Of a stretch of DNA of 64,000 bases, positions 1 through 10,937 are shown piece after piece; the stretch's first letter is position 1; the number at the start of each line of letters is the position of its first letter. Origin of the DNA: Octopus sinensis. Lineage: Eukaryota. The position numbers were made by a program, and so were the translations under genes. The stretch is taken from NCBI RefSeq assembly GCF_006345805.1, contig NC_043012.1:13206001-13270000 (forward strand), given 5' to 3'. Under the pieces are notes generated by a model, which saw only the letters and a list, made by a program, of their open reading frames with translations, ran no database searches and was not told the origin of the DNA.

Positions 1-2
1 CT

Positions 3-437
3 GTAGACAGCCAACACGGGCAGGCAAAACTCAGATAGGCTCAGCTTGCAATAGACGGCATCGAATTTGGTTGTAGGTTGAGCATTTGTGGGTAGAATAC
101 CGCAGGACGGTTTGTGCTCAGACTTAACATACACAGCAACACCTCCACCTCGCCTTTTTCCTCTGTCACATCTGAAAAGGACGTAGCCCTGCAGGTGGAT
201 CTCTGAGTCCTTTACTGCTGGAGTCAGCCAAGTCTCGGTGATAGCTATCACATCAGGGGAGTCGCGTAGGGCCAGTGTAAATAGTTCACTGAACTTTGGG
301 AATAAGGAGCACGAGTTGGTGTAGACGATGCTGAGCTGTGAAGTCTGAGGGGCGGGAGTTGGGGAACAAGCAGAATAAAGGGCATCAGAGATAGCATCGT
401 TGACGGGGGTATCAACTTCACTTCGATTTGCCCTCAC
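3..437 (-). CDS. LINE ORF2 N-terminus, apurinic-type (APE) endonuclease domain; partial
   Basis: Hand translation: QTSQLSIVYTNSCSL...DVIAITETWL...GYVLFRCDR...GGGVAVYV...VLAVYR. This contains the Y.N, ITETWL, R.DR..GGGVA.YV and YR(PP) motifs of the CR1 endonuclease. No stop codons. Confidence 0.9.
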   Translation of the reverse strand, partial: MRANRSEVDTPVNDAISDALYSACSPTPAPQTSQLSIVYTNSCSLFPKFSELFTLALRDSPDVIAITETWLTPAVKDSEIHLQGYVLFRCDRGKRRGGGVAVYVKSEHKPSCGILPTNAQPTTKFDAVYCKLSLSEFCLPVLAVY

Positions 438-832
438 ATCACTTTCCCTGTCAGCACTACAGCATGGGACCAGAGGTAGGACTTGATTATCTGTCCATCT
501 TGGATTCGTAAACCCTTCTCTCCCATTTGTTTCCTCATCTTTAGCTCGGATATCAAGTTCCTCCGGCGAAGTCTCTCTCTTAGTGAGTATTCCTCGCGAA
601 AACCCATATTGGGGTCCTCCCAGGCATGCGTCTGAGCTCTGTTCAGAAAGACTGAAGCCTCCCGATCAGAAGAAAAGATTACCCTTATTGGGCGTGGTCT
701 AGTATCTGCGGTTGGGTTCGCTTGGAATCTTCCTAGCCGAGCGACCTTAAGAACACTGACATTATTAATATCTATCGAAGTAATAAAGGGATTTGAGGAT
801 TTGTGCTGTAAATCATGTATACGTAATGGCAT
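434..832 (-). CDS. LINE ORF1 C-terminal region (CR1-type)
   Basis: RLGR...RPRPIRVIF...FREEYSLRERLRRRNLISELK.RK..GEKGLRI is typical of the CR1/L2 ORF1 C-terminus. An in-frame stop just upstream of 832 indicates a damaged or truncated 5' part. Confidence 0.8.
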   Translation of the reverse strand: MPLRIHDLQHKSSNPFITSIDINNVSVLKVARLGRFQANPTADTRPRPIRVIFSSDREASVFLNRAQTHAWEDPNMGFREEYSLRERLRRRNLISELKMRKQMGEKGLRIQDGQIIKSYLWSHAVVLTGKVM

Positions 833-1155
833 TGCCTACGATGTGTGTTTTCCGCCCTTCTAAATCATGGCAGCTTCCTCCCTGGCCAAGCTATACATAC
901 TTGACATTTTAACATTAGTAATGACAGATATAAACAAACTTTGCAAAAACATAATCTGGAGTCTTCAGTAAGGATCAGTTCATCAATTGCATAGAAGGAT
1001 TGTGTAATTCGAGAGGATTTGAGATAATTAAATCTTGTGTAGTCATTACTATAATTTTAACCGTCTATTGAGTTAAATGTTGGTCACAGAAAATATTTTC
1101 TCCTATAAAATATTTTGTTTAAAAAAATAAGTAGCTACTTCCAGAGACGGATACA

Positions 1156-1365
1156 TACGAAGGGTTTCAAAAAAGTTCCTGGCATTGGGTAAAACAAAAT
1201 ATAGGAGTATCAATTAATTATGATTTTATAAAACATACTCCCTCTGAGATTCACACATTTGTTGCAGTCTTCCAGTTTTTCTAAGCGCTATAAAACAATT
1301 CAGAAGTTTGGGCCTTCAGCGAGGCTTTTCGCGTTATCTTTAAAGCCAGTACTTTTCAACACCGA
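1156..1365. mobile_element. mariner-derived MITE (~210 bp)
   Basis: Begins TA-CGAAGGGTTTCAAAAAAGTTCCTGGC and ends in the degenerate inverted copy GCCAGTACTTTTCAACACCG. Same family as 13532-13762 in the opposite orientation. Confidence 0.65.
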
Positions 1366-2160
1366 ATTCCTTATTTCTATTCATAATCTATAATTATCTG
1401 CTTTACAATATGAATAACATTGTACTCGCGTCCGTTTCTGATAACTCTATTGCAATTTTAATATAACACGTACTTTTCAAATGCAATTCAATTAACTTTC
1501 GTTATGTCATGACATATAATATCCAAACCCAAACAATCTTCTTTGTTAATAATCTGTATCCATATTTTGAAGATATTTCACATGATATACAGAATCTTAC
1601 AACACACAATACACAATAGAGTTGATTCCAACAATGCGTAGGTACTTATCAAATACACGATGTCGTGTTTCGTTTTGACAGTTCCACTAACATCCCAGCT
1701 TGAACTTGTTAAATTGTTGTAGGTATTTAAACAAACGAAAATAAATTCTTTTAAATATAGTATATATGTTATAAATTAATATTGTATGTAAGCATAACCA
1801 TAAACAGCGTGTCGGTTTTCTAAAAGCAATATGGCTCTAATCAAATGCGTATAAACAAATACAAACAACTAAATCGACATTTCTTTTCGGTTTTCAGAAA
1901 CATCTTTATATCAAATATATTTCTTGCGAGACGATAATACAGAATAGCAATGATTTCGTCATTTCTAAGCATATTAGACAAGTAGCAAATACATAAATCA
2001 GCAACGTGCAAACATATTTCTATACGAATTAAAGATTTCTATTACGGATAATGCGGGTGTAATGATGCACAAGATGGTATTGAATTATTAAAATACAAGA
2101 ATAAATTTACAAAACTTTAATTTTTCTAATTTTTGGAGATATCTAGGAAAAACCATAACA

Positions 2161-2450
2161 TACAAGCTGAGTTCAAAAAGTATCCGATTTTTTCCCCACC
2201 AAAAATAATGTCACGCTGGTAAATTAATTTGGGTGGAATGTGATGGCATATTTTCTGTTCATGCATGAAATATTTCGCGTCGGTACGCTTGTCAGTTCCC
2301 GGCTGGTACGCCTAGAACACAGACGTGTAGTAGGCGCACGTCGAATTCACGGACAGCGTATTGTTTTGCCTGGGGATATACCAGAGGTTGGCTCAATATG
2401 CCGTACAGTAGAACTGACCTCAAAATCTGGCGTTGTGACACGAACCTCTT
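2161..2450 (+). mobile_element. probable 5' terminal fragment of a mariner-type transposon
   Basis: Starts TA-CAAGCTGAGTTCAAAAAGTATCCGA (mariner-type TIR), followed by GC-rich non-coding sequence. No transposase codons were seen. Confidence 0.45.
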
Positions 2451-3642
2451 AATTGCACAGATATGCCTATACTAGTACACGCACAATAGTGCGTTAGTTT
2501 GTGTGTGTGTGTGTGCCGGCGCGTGTGTGCATAAAGCAGTCAAATGAACTAGTGTTGCACGATTCAACGAAGTAGGAATGTTTACCACTTGGTGTTCTTA
2601 TTAATCTTTCCTTCCCAATTTTTTTTTCTGTAATGAGCATTTTAAATTTAATGGAATATTCGATTGAAAATGAAGATGTTGTTAAGCTGACATATCAAGA
2701 AGCAGTTCTCTATTTACAGCTATTTATGGTGACATCTACAACGTAATTTCACTTCCTCGGTTATTTAAATACTCGAAATAAATTGTATTCTCCAGTAATT
2801 CATAAAAATTGAAAAGTAACAGTATATGGTGAAGTCTCGTTATCAGCTAACAATAATTAAAGTTAAAATCAGTTTAGATTCGAAATAATTGTAAGCAAAC
2901 AACGGCTGCTCATATTAGATACTTATCGTTAAATACTGAGAAGGTATAGTATTTCAAATAACTATCTCAAATAAACATTCACAATACGTTACATAAATAT
3001 GTTAATTATATGTTAGAATCAATTACCTGGAACATATAACGCTCAAATTACTGCAAGTTGAATGTTGTCGTTGGTTTTCTATATTGCCTGCATTGATTGA
3101 CAGAACAGAATTATCTGGATCAAAGGTTAAAGAAGAAGCTGTCTACACAAGCGAAGCTTCTCAATTCCAAGCAATGACTAAGTAAAACAATTATTACTTA
3201 CAGAGAAACGTACATCTTCTGCGGTTTATATGGAATTCTAATGCAATGTGAGAGATTGACAGAATATAAAAAAGCAGTAGAATCGCGTTTTATTCAATAC
3301 AATACGTATGTCTGAACCAATCTAATATGTATCAAGAATATGAACATGACAGGAATAAAGAATAAGCTAAAGAGGTACACGTGACTATATGGTTAAAACT
3401 TGTCTTTGAAATTAATATGCATTCATATTCGATACTAATCATGTAAACACATACGCACAAACACACACACACACAAACAAAAAACGCACAAACACGCACA
3501 CATAAACGTGCGCGCACACAGTACACACGCACATACACAGAGAGTAAGATAAAGATAGAGATAGAGAATGAGAGAGAGAAATAAATAAAGAAAGAAAGAA
3601 AGAGAGAAACAGAAAGCTGACAAATGAAGGCTCCTATAAATA

Positions 3643-4910
3643 TTGGCTCATCCAATAAGTAATGCGGTTTTTTATACTTAATTAATTTTATACTAATTAA
3701 GATCAGCAAAGTTTTTTGTTAATCTAAAATATACTCTTCTTCATTTTCTACAATGCTCTTCCGTCTATTTGGTACACTTGCAAGGTCCTTCTTCCAAAAT
3801 TCACTTGTCCCTGACGAAAAATATTCCTCCAGTACTATTCTGAACTCATCTACAGAGTTCTTATTTTTTCCGTTCAAATCATTTTGAAGACTGCGGAATA
3901 AATGATAAGATGGAGCAATGTCCGGCGAATATGATGGGTGGAACATCATTTATCATTCAAACTGCTCTAACCTTTGGAGTGTCAACCTCGCTGTATGCGA
4001 CCGGACATTATCCTGATGTAAGAACACCTTTTATCTTGAAACTAAATACAGCCGTTTTTCTTCTAGCGCTGACTGAAACCACGGAAGCTGTTTGGCAGTA
4101 GAACGCCTTTGTTATCGTTTTGTTTGCGCTTAAGAGTTCAAAGTGGACTAAACGTTTCATATCCAACCAAACATATAGCAACACCTTACGTAGTTGAATA
4201 CTTTCTTTAGCCTTGGGCGCCGGTGTTTCTCCTTTCCCTACACACTATCTTCGGCGCTTAATATGTTTATAGAGAACCCATTTCTCGTCACCAGTCAGTA
4301 CCAAAGAGGTGCATCCGTGAGATGCGACAGCAAAGAAGAGCACACATTCACTTTCTGCGCACGGTTACACTCCGAAAATTTGTGAGGAACCCATTGACCC
4401 AATTTGCTTACTATTCCGATGGTACGCAGGTGTCGATGAATGGTTGAATGACCACATCTTAGCTTATCTGCAAATTACGATGGGATTTTGTTCCACCAGA
4501 GTTTGCAGGACTTCTTCGTCGAGATCTACAGATCTTCTAGTTTGAGGCTCGTCTTCTAAGCTGTCGTTTCAGGCTCGAAATTTCTGGAACCACTATTGGC
4601 ACTGGCTTATGCTGATTGCCCCATCACCGTATACTGCATTAATGTTCCTTGCACTTACCATTGCGCTGTTGACTTTATTTAACTCAACGCAAAATATTCC
4701 GAATATACTTCTTTGTCACTTCCATTATAACTTTGAAAATATAACTGTTAAAATCGAACTGCACTTTTTAAAACTTGCACTAAGAATAAGGATAATGGAA
4801 AATTACTACCAGCTTTTATAGCAAGTTGATGCAAGTAGTTTATCGCGTCCCCCTCCCCGACTGTTCGTTCATACAATTAACAGAACTGCATTATTTATGG
4901 GACGACACAG
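3643..4910 (-). mobile_element. full-length degenerate mariner (DD34D) transposon with transposase pseudogene at 3719-4725
   Basis: Motifs WVPHKF, LTGDEKW, QDNVRSH and HPSYSPDIAPS, with several stops and frameshifts. Diverged ~29-bp TIRs (TTGGCTCATCCAATAAGTAATGCGGTT / AACTGCATTATTTATGGGACGACACAG) are flanked by TA. Confidence 0.9.
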
Positions 4911-6120
4911 TATATGCTCATACTAGAACCCATAAATACATTTTTCCTCTGCGGTATGTATTTTACCGCATATATACAAAATCTGTGAAAGTGTTCTGTC
5001 ATAGATTTTGTGTTCATCATCCCCTACTTTTAAACGTTTGTTATTGGTGATGGAATGAGATACAAATTAATTGAAGGAAAGAATATTCTTGAAATCATTC
5101 TTTAGGATTCCCATAATTTTCTTGTCGTTTATTTTCCCTTCAATATGCTATCAATCATTGCAGTTTTTGTTTTGAATTTGTTGGTTTCCTTTAAAAGGGT
5201 TTTGATTCAACCAAGGATATTTATTTGTGTAAGCAGTAAAATATCTTTTCACGCGTTTGATAATTATTTCTAAATGACTTAATGTAAATTGTTTAGGCTT
5301 TCACTGCGAATATTTGCGTACGATAGTGTGACAACTGTATATTTTATAGCTTTTTACTGTCTGATATTTGTGTCAGTTTTCATTAACTTTCTGATAATCA
5401 GATTTGCATTTTCTGTAATTTTGTTTTATCTTTGAAATTTTTCGCTGGTGATAAAGAATACCCAATGATTTAATTACTTAACTCTTTCCACTTTTAGAAA
5501 ATGTAATTAACACTTGTTTTCCAGTATTTTCTATTGCACTTATTCTTTCCTGCACTTATACGTCAATTTTCTTTCGTATTACAGTTTTGTTGTTTATTCA
5601 CCGGTTTATTTTTGCGCTTGTTCCCGTTCCGTTTATTTTTTCTTTTGTAATCACTCGGAAATTGTTATATTCGTTTTCAATGTTCGGTTATTTTTCTTTC
5701 TTTTCAGTGTGAGGGGTATCTATCCATCTTCATTTAGCAATTTAATTGATATTTGACAGTTTGATTCGAGTCATAATGTTTTCCTCAAACATTTATTAAT
5801 TTTGGGCGTAGAACGTCGATGTGAAACATTTATGTAGAATAGAACGACATTCTCCTCTTTCAACTTATAACTTTTATGTTCAATTGTCTGGTTCGGAAGT
5901 AAAAACTTTAAAATTCGTAACAACTACATTTTATAACTCATTACACATTTCTAATGGGGTTCAGTTTTGCAATTTCTGTTTGTCGTTCTTTTTATACAAA
6001 AGATTCAAAGAACTGACTCGTCCGAGGGGAATATTCACTTAAATTTTCTCACATTCATTTAAATAAATTTGTATTATTGGTCACTTTTTGGAGAGACTCT
6101 TCGAACTGGGATTTATATCA

Positions 6121-6187
6121 ATTGTTCTCCGATGACATATTTCCATTTGGTATGAAAACCCACGACTCTCGTGAGTGTTAACAAATA
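6121..6187 (+). ncRNA. degenerate type I hammerhead-ribozyme-like motif
   Basis: CCGATGA - CATA/TATG stem II - AAAAC - stem III CACGA-CTC-TCGTG - GTG - TTAACAA pairing with upstream TTGTT. Several core substitutions. Confidence 0.45.
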
Positions 6188-6501
6188 TTAATTATATGAG
6201 CTAATGATCAATAAAATTTTCAGATATTTAAGAAATTCTTAAGTTGAAAGATCTTTCAAACGTGAAAGAAATATTTTAGAAACAAAAATCAAAACATACT
6301 GAATAAATATTGTTATATATAAATAGATATATTTCATTATTTTTTTTATATATTTTTTGTATGATGCGTTATTTTAATCGATGTTATCGGATATTTTTCG
6401 GAGCATTCAAACCCTATTCAGTAATAACTTTAAGGTTATTCACTAATACATTTAAGGTGGTCAACGCTTTGAGCTGCCAGAATCGTTTGCACAATAGATA
6501 A

Positions 6502-6900
6502 ATTGCTTAGCGACATTTTGTCCTTCTTTACTTTCTGAGTACATATTCCGCTGAGGCCGACTTTGCTTTCATTCTTTCAAGGTCGATAAAATAAGTACCA
6601 GTTGAATCCTGGGTCGATGTAATTGAATTACCCCCAACTCCCCCATCTCCCGAAATTCCTGGCCTTGTACCAAAATGTGAAAGCAATGTCTTAAAGGCGG
6701 TGGGTTGGTAGAATCTTTAGGGCGTCGAGCAAAATCTTTAATGATGTTTCTTCCGATTCTTTATATTTTTAGATAAAATCAAACGAGGTTGACATTGCTT
6801 TTGGGGTTGATAGAATAAGTACCACTTGAGAACTGGCTTCGATGTAATATTTTTCCCCTTCCCATAAAATTACTAGCCTTGTGACAAATTTAGAAAGCGT
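6502..6900 (+). mobile_element. two tandem degenerate tRNA-derived SINEs (family B)
   Basis: Diverged matches to the family B consensus seen at 33091-33321 (GGTCGATAAAATAAGTACCAGTT core). Confidence 0.7.
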
Positions 6901-7250
6901 TATTAATAATATTGTTATGAGTCAGGGTTTTGGAAAACACATAAAATTCCTGAAGTTCTTAGAAAAGTAATTAAGTATGTTTTACAAAAAAGTGCTTCGA
7001 AGATTTCAAATTTGAAAATAAGGATCGAATCGCAAAATAAAACATGTAGCGTGTTGTAAAGGGATGAACATTGATTTTCAATATTAAAAATTCATTACCA
7101 GGTTCTCCTTGCAGTGTTTACAAAGCCTCCTCAGGTTCATATGTTCCATATCTGTATAAATAATTTCCTAATGTCTTCGAGAAACAGTGTAATAATTAAT
7201 AATCTGCCTATTGCAAAGGTAATGACATGCACTTTCCGTTATTTATTCTT

Positions 7251-7624
7251 TTACTCTTTAACTTGTTTCAGTCATTTGGTTGTGGTCATGCTGGAGCACC
7301 GCCTTCTCTCAAACAAAACGACCCCAGACTTACATATTCTGTCTCTTTTGCCAAACTGCTAAGTTACGGGAGCATAAGCACACCAACATCGCTTGTCAAG
7401 ACATGGTGGGGGACGAATTCTGACACACAAACACGCACACATACATATGCATATATATATACGACGGGATTCTTTCAGTTTCTATCTACCACATCGACTC
7501 ACAAGGCCTTGGTCGGTTCGAGGCTATAGCTGAAGACACTTGCTCAAGTTTTCCCGCAGTGGGACTGAACCCGGAACCATGTAGTCAGGAAGCAAGCTAC
7601 TTACCACACAGCCACGCCTGCACC
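7251..7624 (-). mobile_element. tRNA-derived octopus SINE, family A (central microsatellite)
   Basis: Head TGGCTGTGTGG...GGTTCAGTCCC (A/B-box-like), central (TA)/(TG) tract, tail GGCGGTGCTCCAGCATG...GACTGAAACAAGT. Many copies in the window. Confidence 0.9.
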
Positions 7625-7824
7625 TATTTTGTGAAAATATATTTAGTTCCATATCTAGATAGTTGGTCTTTCATATCTTTCTCTGTCACTTCTTCACAGT
7701 CTTTAAAGTAACTTCTTCTTATGTAATTCATGCGTTATTATATTTTTTGTGAAGCTGACATAGGTTTAGTTCAGTACGGGATATCTTACCTGTAATGCAG
7801 CAAATGTACCGTTATATACTTTCA

Positions 7825-8522
7825 TTAATATTTACTTATATTTTCCAAACGACTTCGAAACCATCTGCTACTCTTCCGGACGGTCTCCTTGCTTAAGTTG
7901 GTGAATACTGCCATAATCTCTGCCTTCAGTTCATCTTTGGTAACACAAGCAGTTTTTTTGGTCCCTCGCTCAACTTTGTCCCACACATAATAGTCAAGGT
8001 AGTGACAGTCTGGGGAGCTAGGTGACCACATGTTAGGGGTGATGTGGTCGCAGAAATTGTCTGAGAGCCATGACTGGGTTATCCTGCTAGTGTTCATGGT
8101 ACAGAGTCTTCTTGCCAGACACAGGATCTTCCAGCAGCCACCCTTTTTCGCCCAGGGCAGCACTAGTTCACCCAGGCACTTGATGTTAGCCTACATGTTG
8201 AGTCTGAGGCCGTGTGAGAAGATGAATGGAAGCATAACGTCGTCATCACTAGTGATCACTCCGATGACTGGATGTTTGGTTTTATCACTCTCGGTACATG
8301 TCCTCATGTTGAACTGTCCTCGGATTGACACCTAGATACATTGGAATGTTCATATCGACGCTTCCAGCATGTCGTTTCCAATTTTCTGGCAGAGTGAACT
8401 GCGTCAAGTTGCTATGTTGCTCATAGACGGTGCCTAACAGACCCTACTATACAAAAACAAAGGGCATGCTCACGATATTAAAAATATAAAATGGTGATAA
8501 TATACCTATCGCATCCTGTATA
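7825..8522 (-). mobile_element. internally deleted Tc1/mariner-superfamily element, DD37D (maT-like)
   Basis: GVITSDDDVMLPFIF..GLRLN, WQEDS and WSPSSPDCHYLDYYVW motifs. One TIR-like end (TACAGGATGCGATAGGTATATTATCACC) at ~8495-8521; the other end was not found. Confidence 0.75.
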
Positions 8523-8529
8523 TCTATCT

Positions 8530-9300
8530 TCAGATTTGGATAGGACTGGATCAACAGAGATGATGTGGTCAAGCACTTCATTGTAATGGTTACCTATTCA
8601 CCATTTGACGTTGGGGCGTGTTTTCGTTATTTTGTTTTTTATAATTGTTTGACGCCAGGCTTTGGAGCTGTACAGCAAATATCAATTTTAATTCTCCTCT
8701 TACCTAAGAGGCTTTTAGTCTTTGTTGGTTCTCGCTTAAGCTCCCCTTAAGCTCTGTCAAACTTGAAGGTTATTGGCCATGGAATGATTGTGCCCTCCAT
8801 TAATGTTTTTTATTCTTTCTAATTGTATCTTCATGTTTGATTTCGGTTTCTTTAGTATTTTTCCTCTGTGTTCTCTGTAGTTTCAGTGTAGTTTGTTTCT
8901 ATTGTGTATTTTGTCGCCTCCTTGCGTGTAGAGAAATGCGTTTTCTTTTTCGTTTCTTTTGTGTGGTGTTGTTTGATTACATGTACTAATTGCCTGTTTT
9001 TGTTTCAAAGCATTCTCTTCTCAAACTACAAAGTTTGGTGAAGAAAATGTTCTCTCAGGCTAGAATCCTAATAATTATTTCTAGGAATCCTGCGGAATAC
9101 AGGACAGCATCTTTACGTTTGTCGACAATGCGGGTTTCAACTTCGAAATGACTTAGGTAAGTAGCTCTTTGGTATTATGCCAAGAACACTAATTTTTCTG
9201 TTCATCTTAAGCAATGTCTTCATCTCTCTAGTTAGGTTTAGTTGTTTCTCAATATTTTTCATTTTTTTTCGTATCGATTCTGTTATTATAGGGAATTGCG
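8530..9300 (-). pseudogene. old R4/Dong-clade retrotransposon fragment (RT thumb to zinc knuckle)
   Basis: Across frames: AIP...KTLLKMNR...SYLPKS; W....FHGQ; LIFAVQLQSLASNNYKK; DHIIS.DPVLSKSE. Same motif order as the ORF at 15139-16262. Confidence 0.7.
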
Positions 9301-9855
9301 ATGATGATGCTATTACGATATTTATTTTATTTTAATCTTTTTGGTCGGGTCTTTAGTATTATGCCTACATTTTATCGAGATGTCAAATAACATCTGCTGT
9401 AATTCGTATTCCCTACCGCAGCCTTTGATTCCTTTTCAAACCACTTTCCTGTTTTCTCGAAGACACACGTCGCAATGTACTCTTCTTTATGTGCAACCAT
9501 GCCTCTGTTTATATTTTCCCTGTGCTAGCTTACTGCATTCACGCAAAGAATGACTTATATTTTTGTTTCCTTTCATGCACATTATATATTTGAAATCCCA
9601 CTTTGTTTTGTCGAGTTTGTCATTACCAGATTCATCATAATGGCCTTTCCTGACTGGTTCTAATCAGCTCTTCGTTCTCTCATTTTTGGCAGTGTTATTT
9701 AGTTTCAACATCCTCAGCATGCTGTATAAAATTGTGATTAATTACTATTATTTCCACCTGCTCCTTCTGAAGACAAAATCACTGCTATATATCATAGCAA
9801 ATAGAAAAATAAAACTTGGTAAACATAATAATGAGGAGGATTTTAAATTTTGATA

Positions 9856-10000
9856 CAAGACCACCAATTCCAGAGGAGGGGATAAATTGATTATACCAAT
9901 CGCAGTGTTCACCCGATGGACCCCGAAAGGATGAAGGGCAAAGTCGACTCCGGCGGCATTAAAGATGGATGAAATGCCGCTAAGCATTTTGCCCAGTGCA
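9856..10000 (-). mobile_element. SINE family B, partial
   Basis: GACCCCGAAAGGATGAAGGGCAAAGTCGACTCCGGCGGCATT matches the reverse complement of the family B core. Confidence 0.8.
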
Positions 10001-10037
10001 ACAAGAACAAGAACAAGAACAACAACAACAACAACAA

Positions 10038-10090
<53 letters not shown>

Positions 10091-10107
10091 ATAATAATAA
10101 TATAATA

Positions 10108-10161
<54 letters not shown>

Positions 10162-10197
10162 TAACAATAATAATAATAATGAATGAATGAATGAATG
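10001..10197. repeat. compound trinucleotide microsatellite (ACA/ACT/AAT)n ending in (GAAT)n
   Basis: Direct inspection. Confidence 0.95.
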
Positions 10198-10754
10198 GAT
10201 GCTCTGATGCAGTACCAGGCAGTGGCTCTCGTGGTTTCTTATCTCAACTGATTGGAAGTGTTATCATGTACATTATTTTGTCTTGGTATAAAAGATGGGC
10301 TACAGCAAATATTCTACTCAATACCACAGATTTGCTTGTCAGTTGTTTGACCGTAACCAGTTGAACATGTCCCTTGGTGGCTGATGATATGTACATCTCT
10401 GATCACATGCAGAAGTAGTGGGAGAGCATCATAGCCATGTGGTAAAAGGAATTCTTAGAGGTTTGGATAATTCACCTTTGAAAACAGGAGTGGTTCATTC
10501 AACATCATTAAACAATCCTTATTCAGGGACCTTTTGAGCGTGATGGGCTACTGGACTAGAAGAAAATTCTAACTGGATCCCACCTGCAAGGTCATGTGGT
10601 GTTTATCTTGATATGAGATCACCATGTGGCGCATATATGGTTGTGACGCATGTGCCTGGTGTACACTTATCAGCCGGGTAGTCATGGTGGTTATACTGGG
10701 CTTCGTATATTTTATCCCAGTGCCATGTTGATGGCATGCACTGCTGTCTCACCC
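10198..10754. mobile_element. ~550-bp non-coding interspersed element embedded in (AAT)n, copy 1
   Basis: Collinear with 52762-53271. Both copies have (AAT)n on both sides and the same right end. Confidence 0.8.
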
Positions 10755-10876
10755 AATAATAATAATGATAATAATAATAATAATATAATAATATAATAAT
10801 AATAATAATAATATTAATATTAACAATAATAACAACAACAACAACAACAGCAATAACAATAACAATAATAATAATA

Positions 10877-10936
<60 letters not shown>
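10755..10936. repeat. (AAT)n/(AAC)n microsatellite
   Basis: Direct inspection. Confidence 0.95.

Positions 10937-10937
<1 letters not shown>

Larger units (their letters stand above)
1..890 (-). mobile_element. CR1/L2-group non-LTR retrotransposon (LINE): 3' part of ORF1 and 5' part of ORF2; runs off the left edge of the window
   Basis: An ORF1-like protein is followed by an APE endonuclease on the minus strand (see the two CDS entries). The segment is GC-richer than its flanks. Confidence 0.9.

Noticed and set aside
2240-2452. 70-aa GC-rich ORF
   Set aside because: It lies in a probable mariner 5' leader and has no protein family features.
3104-3181. Candidate exon (TELSGSKVKEEAVYTSEASQFQAMT)
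   Set aside because: Weak donor (GTAAAA), no recognisable homology and no partner exons.
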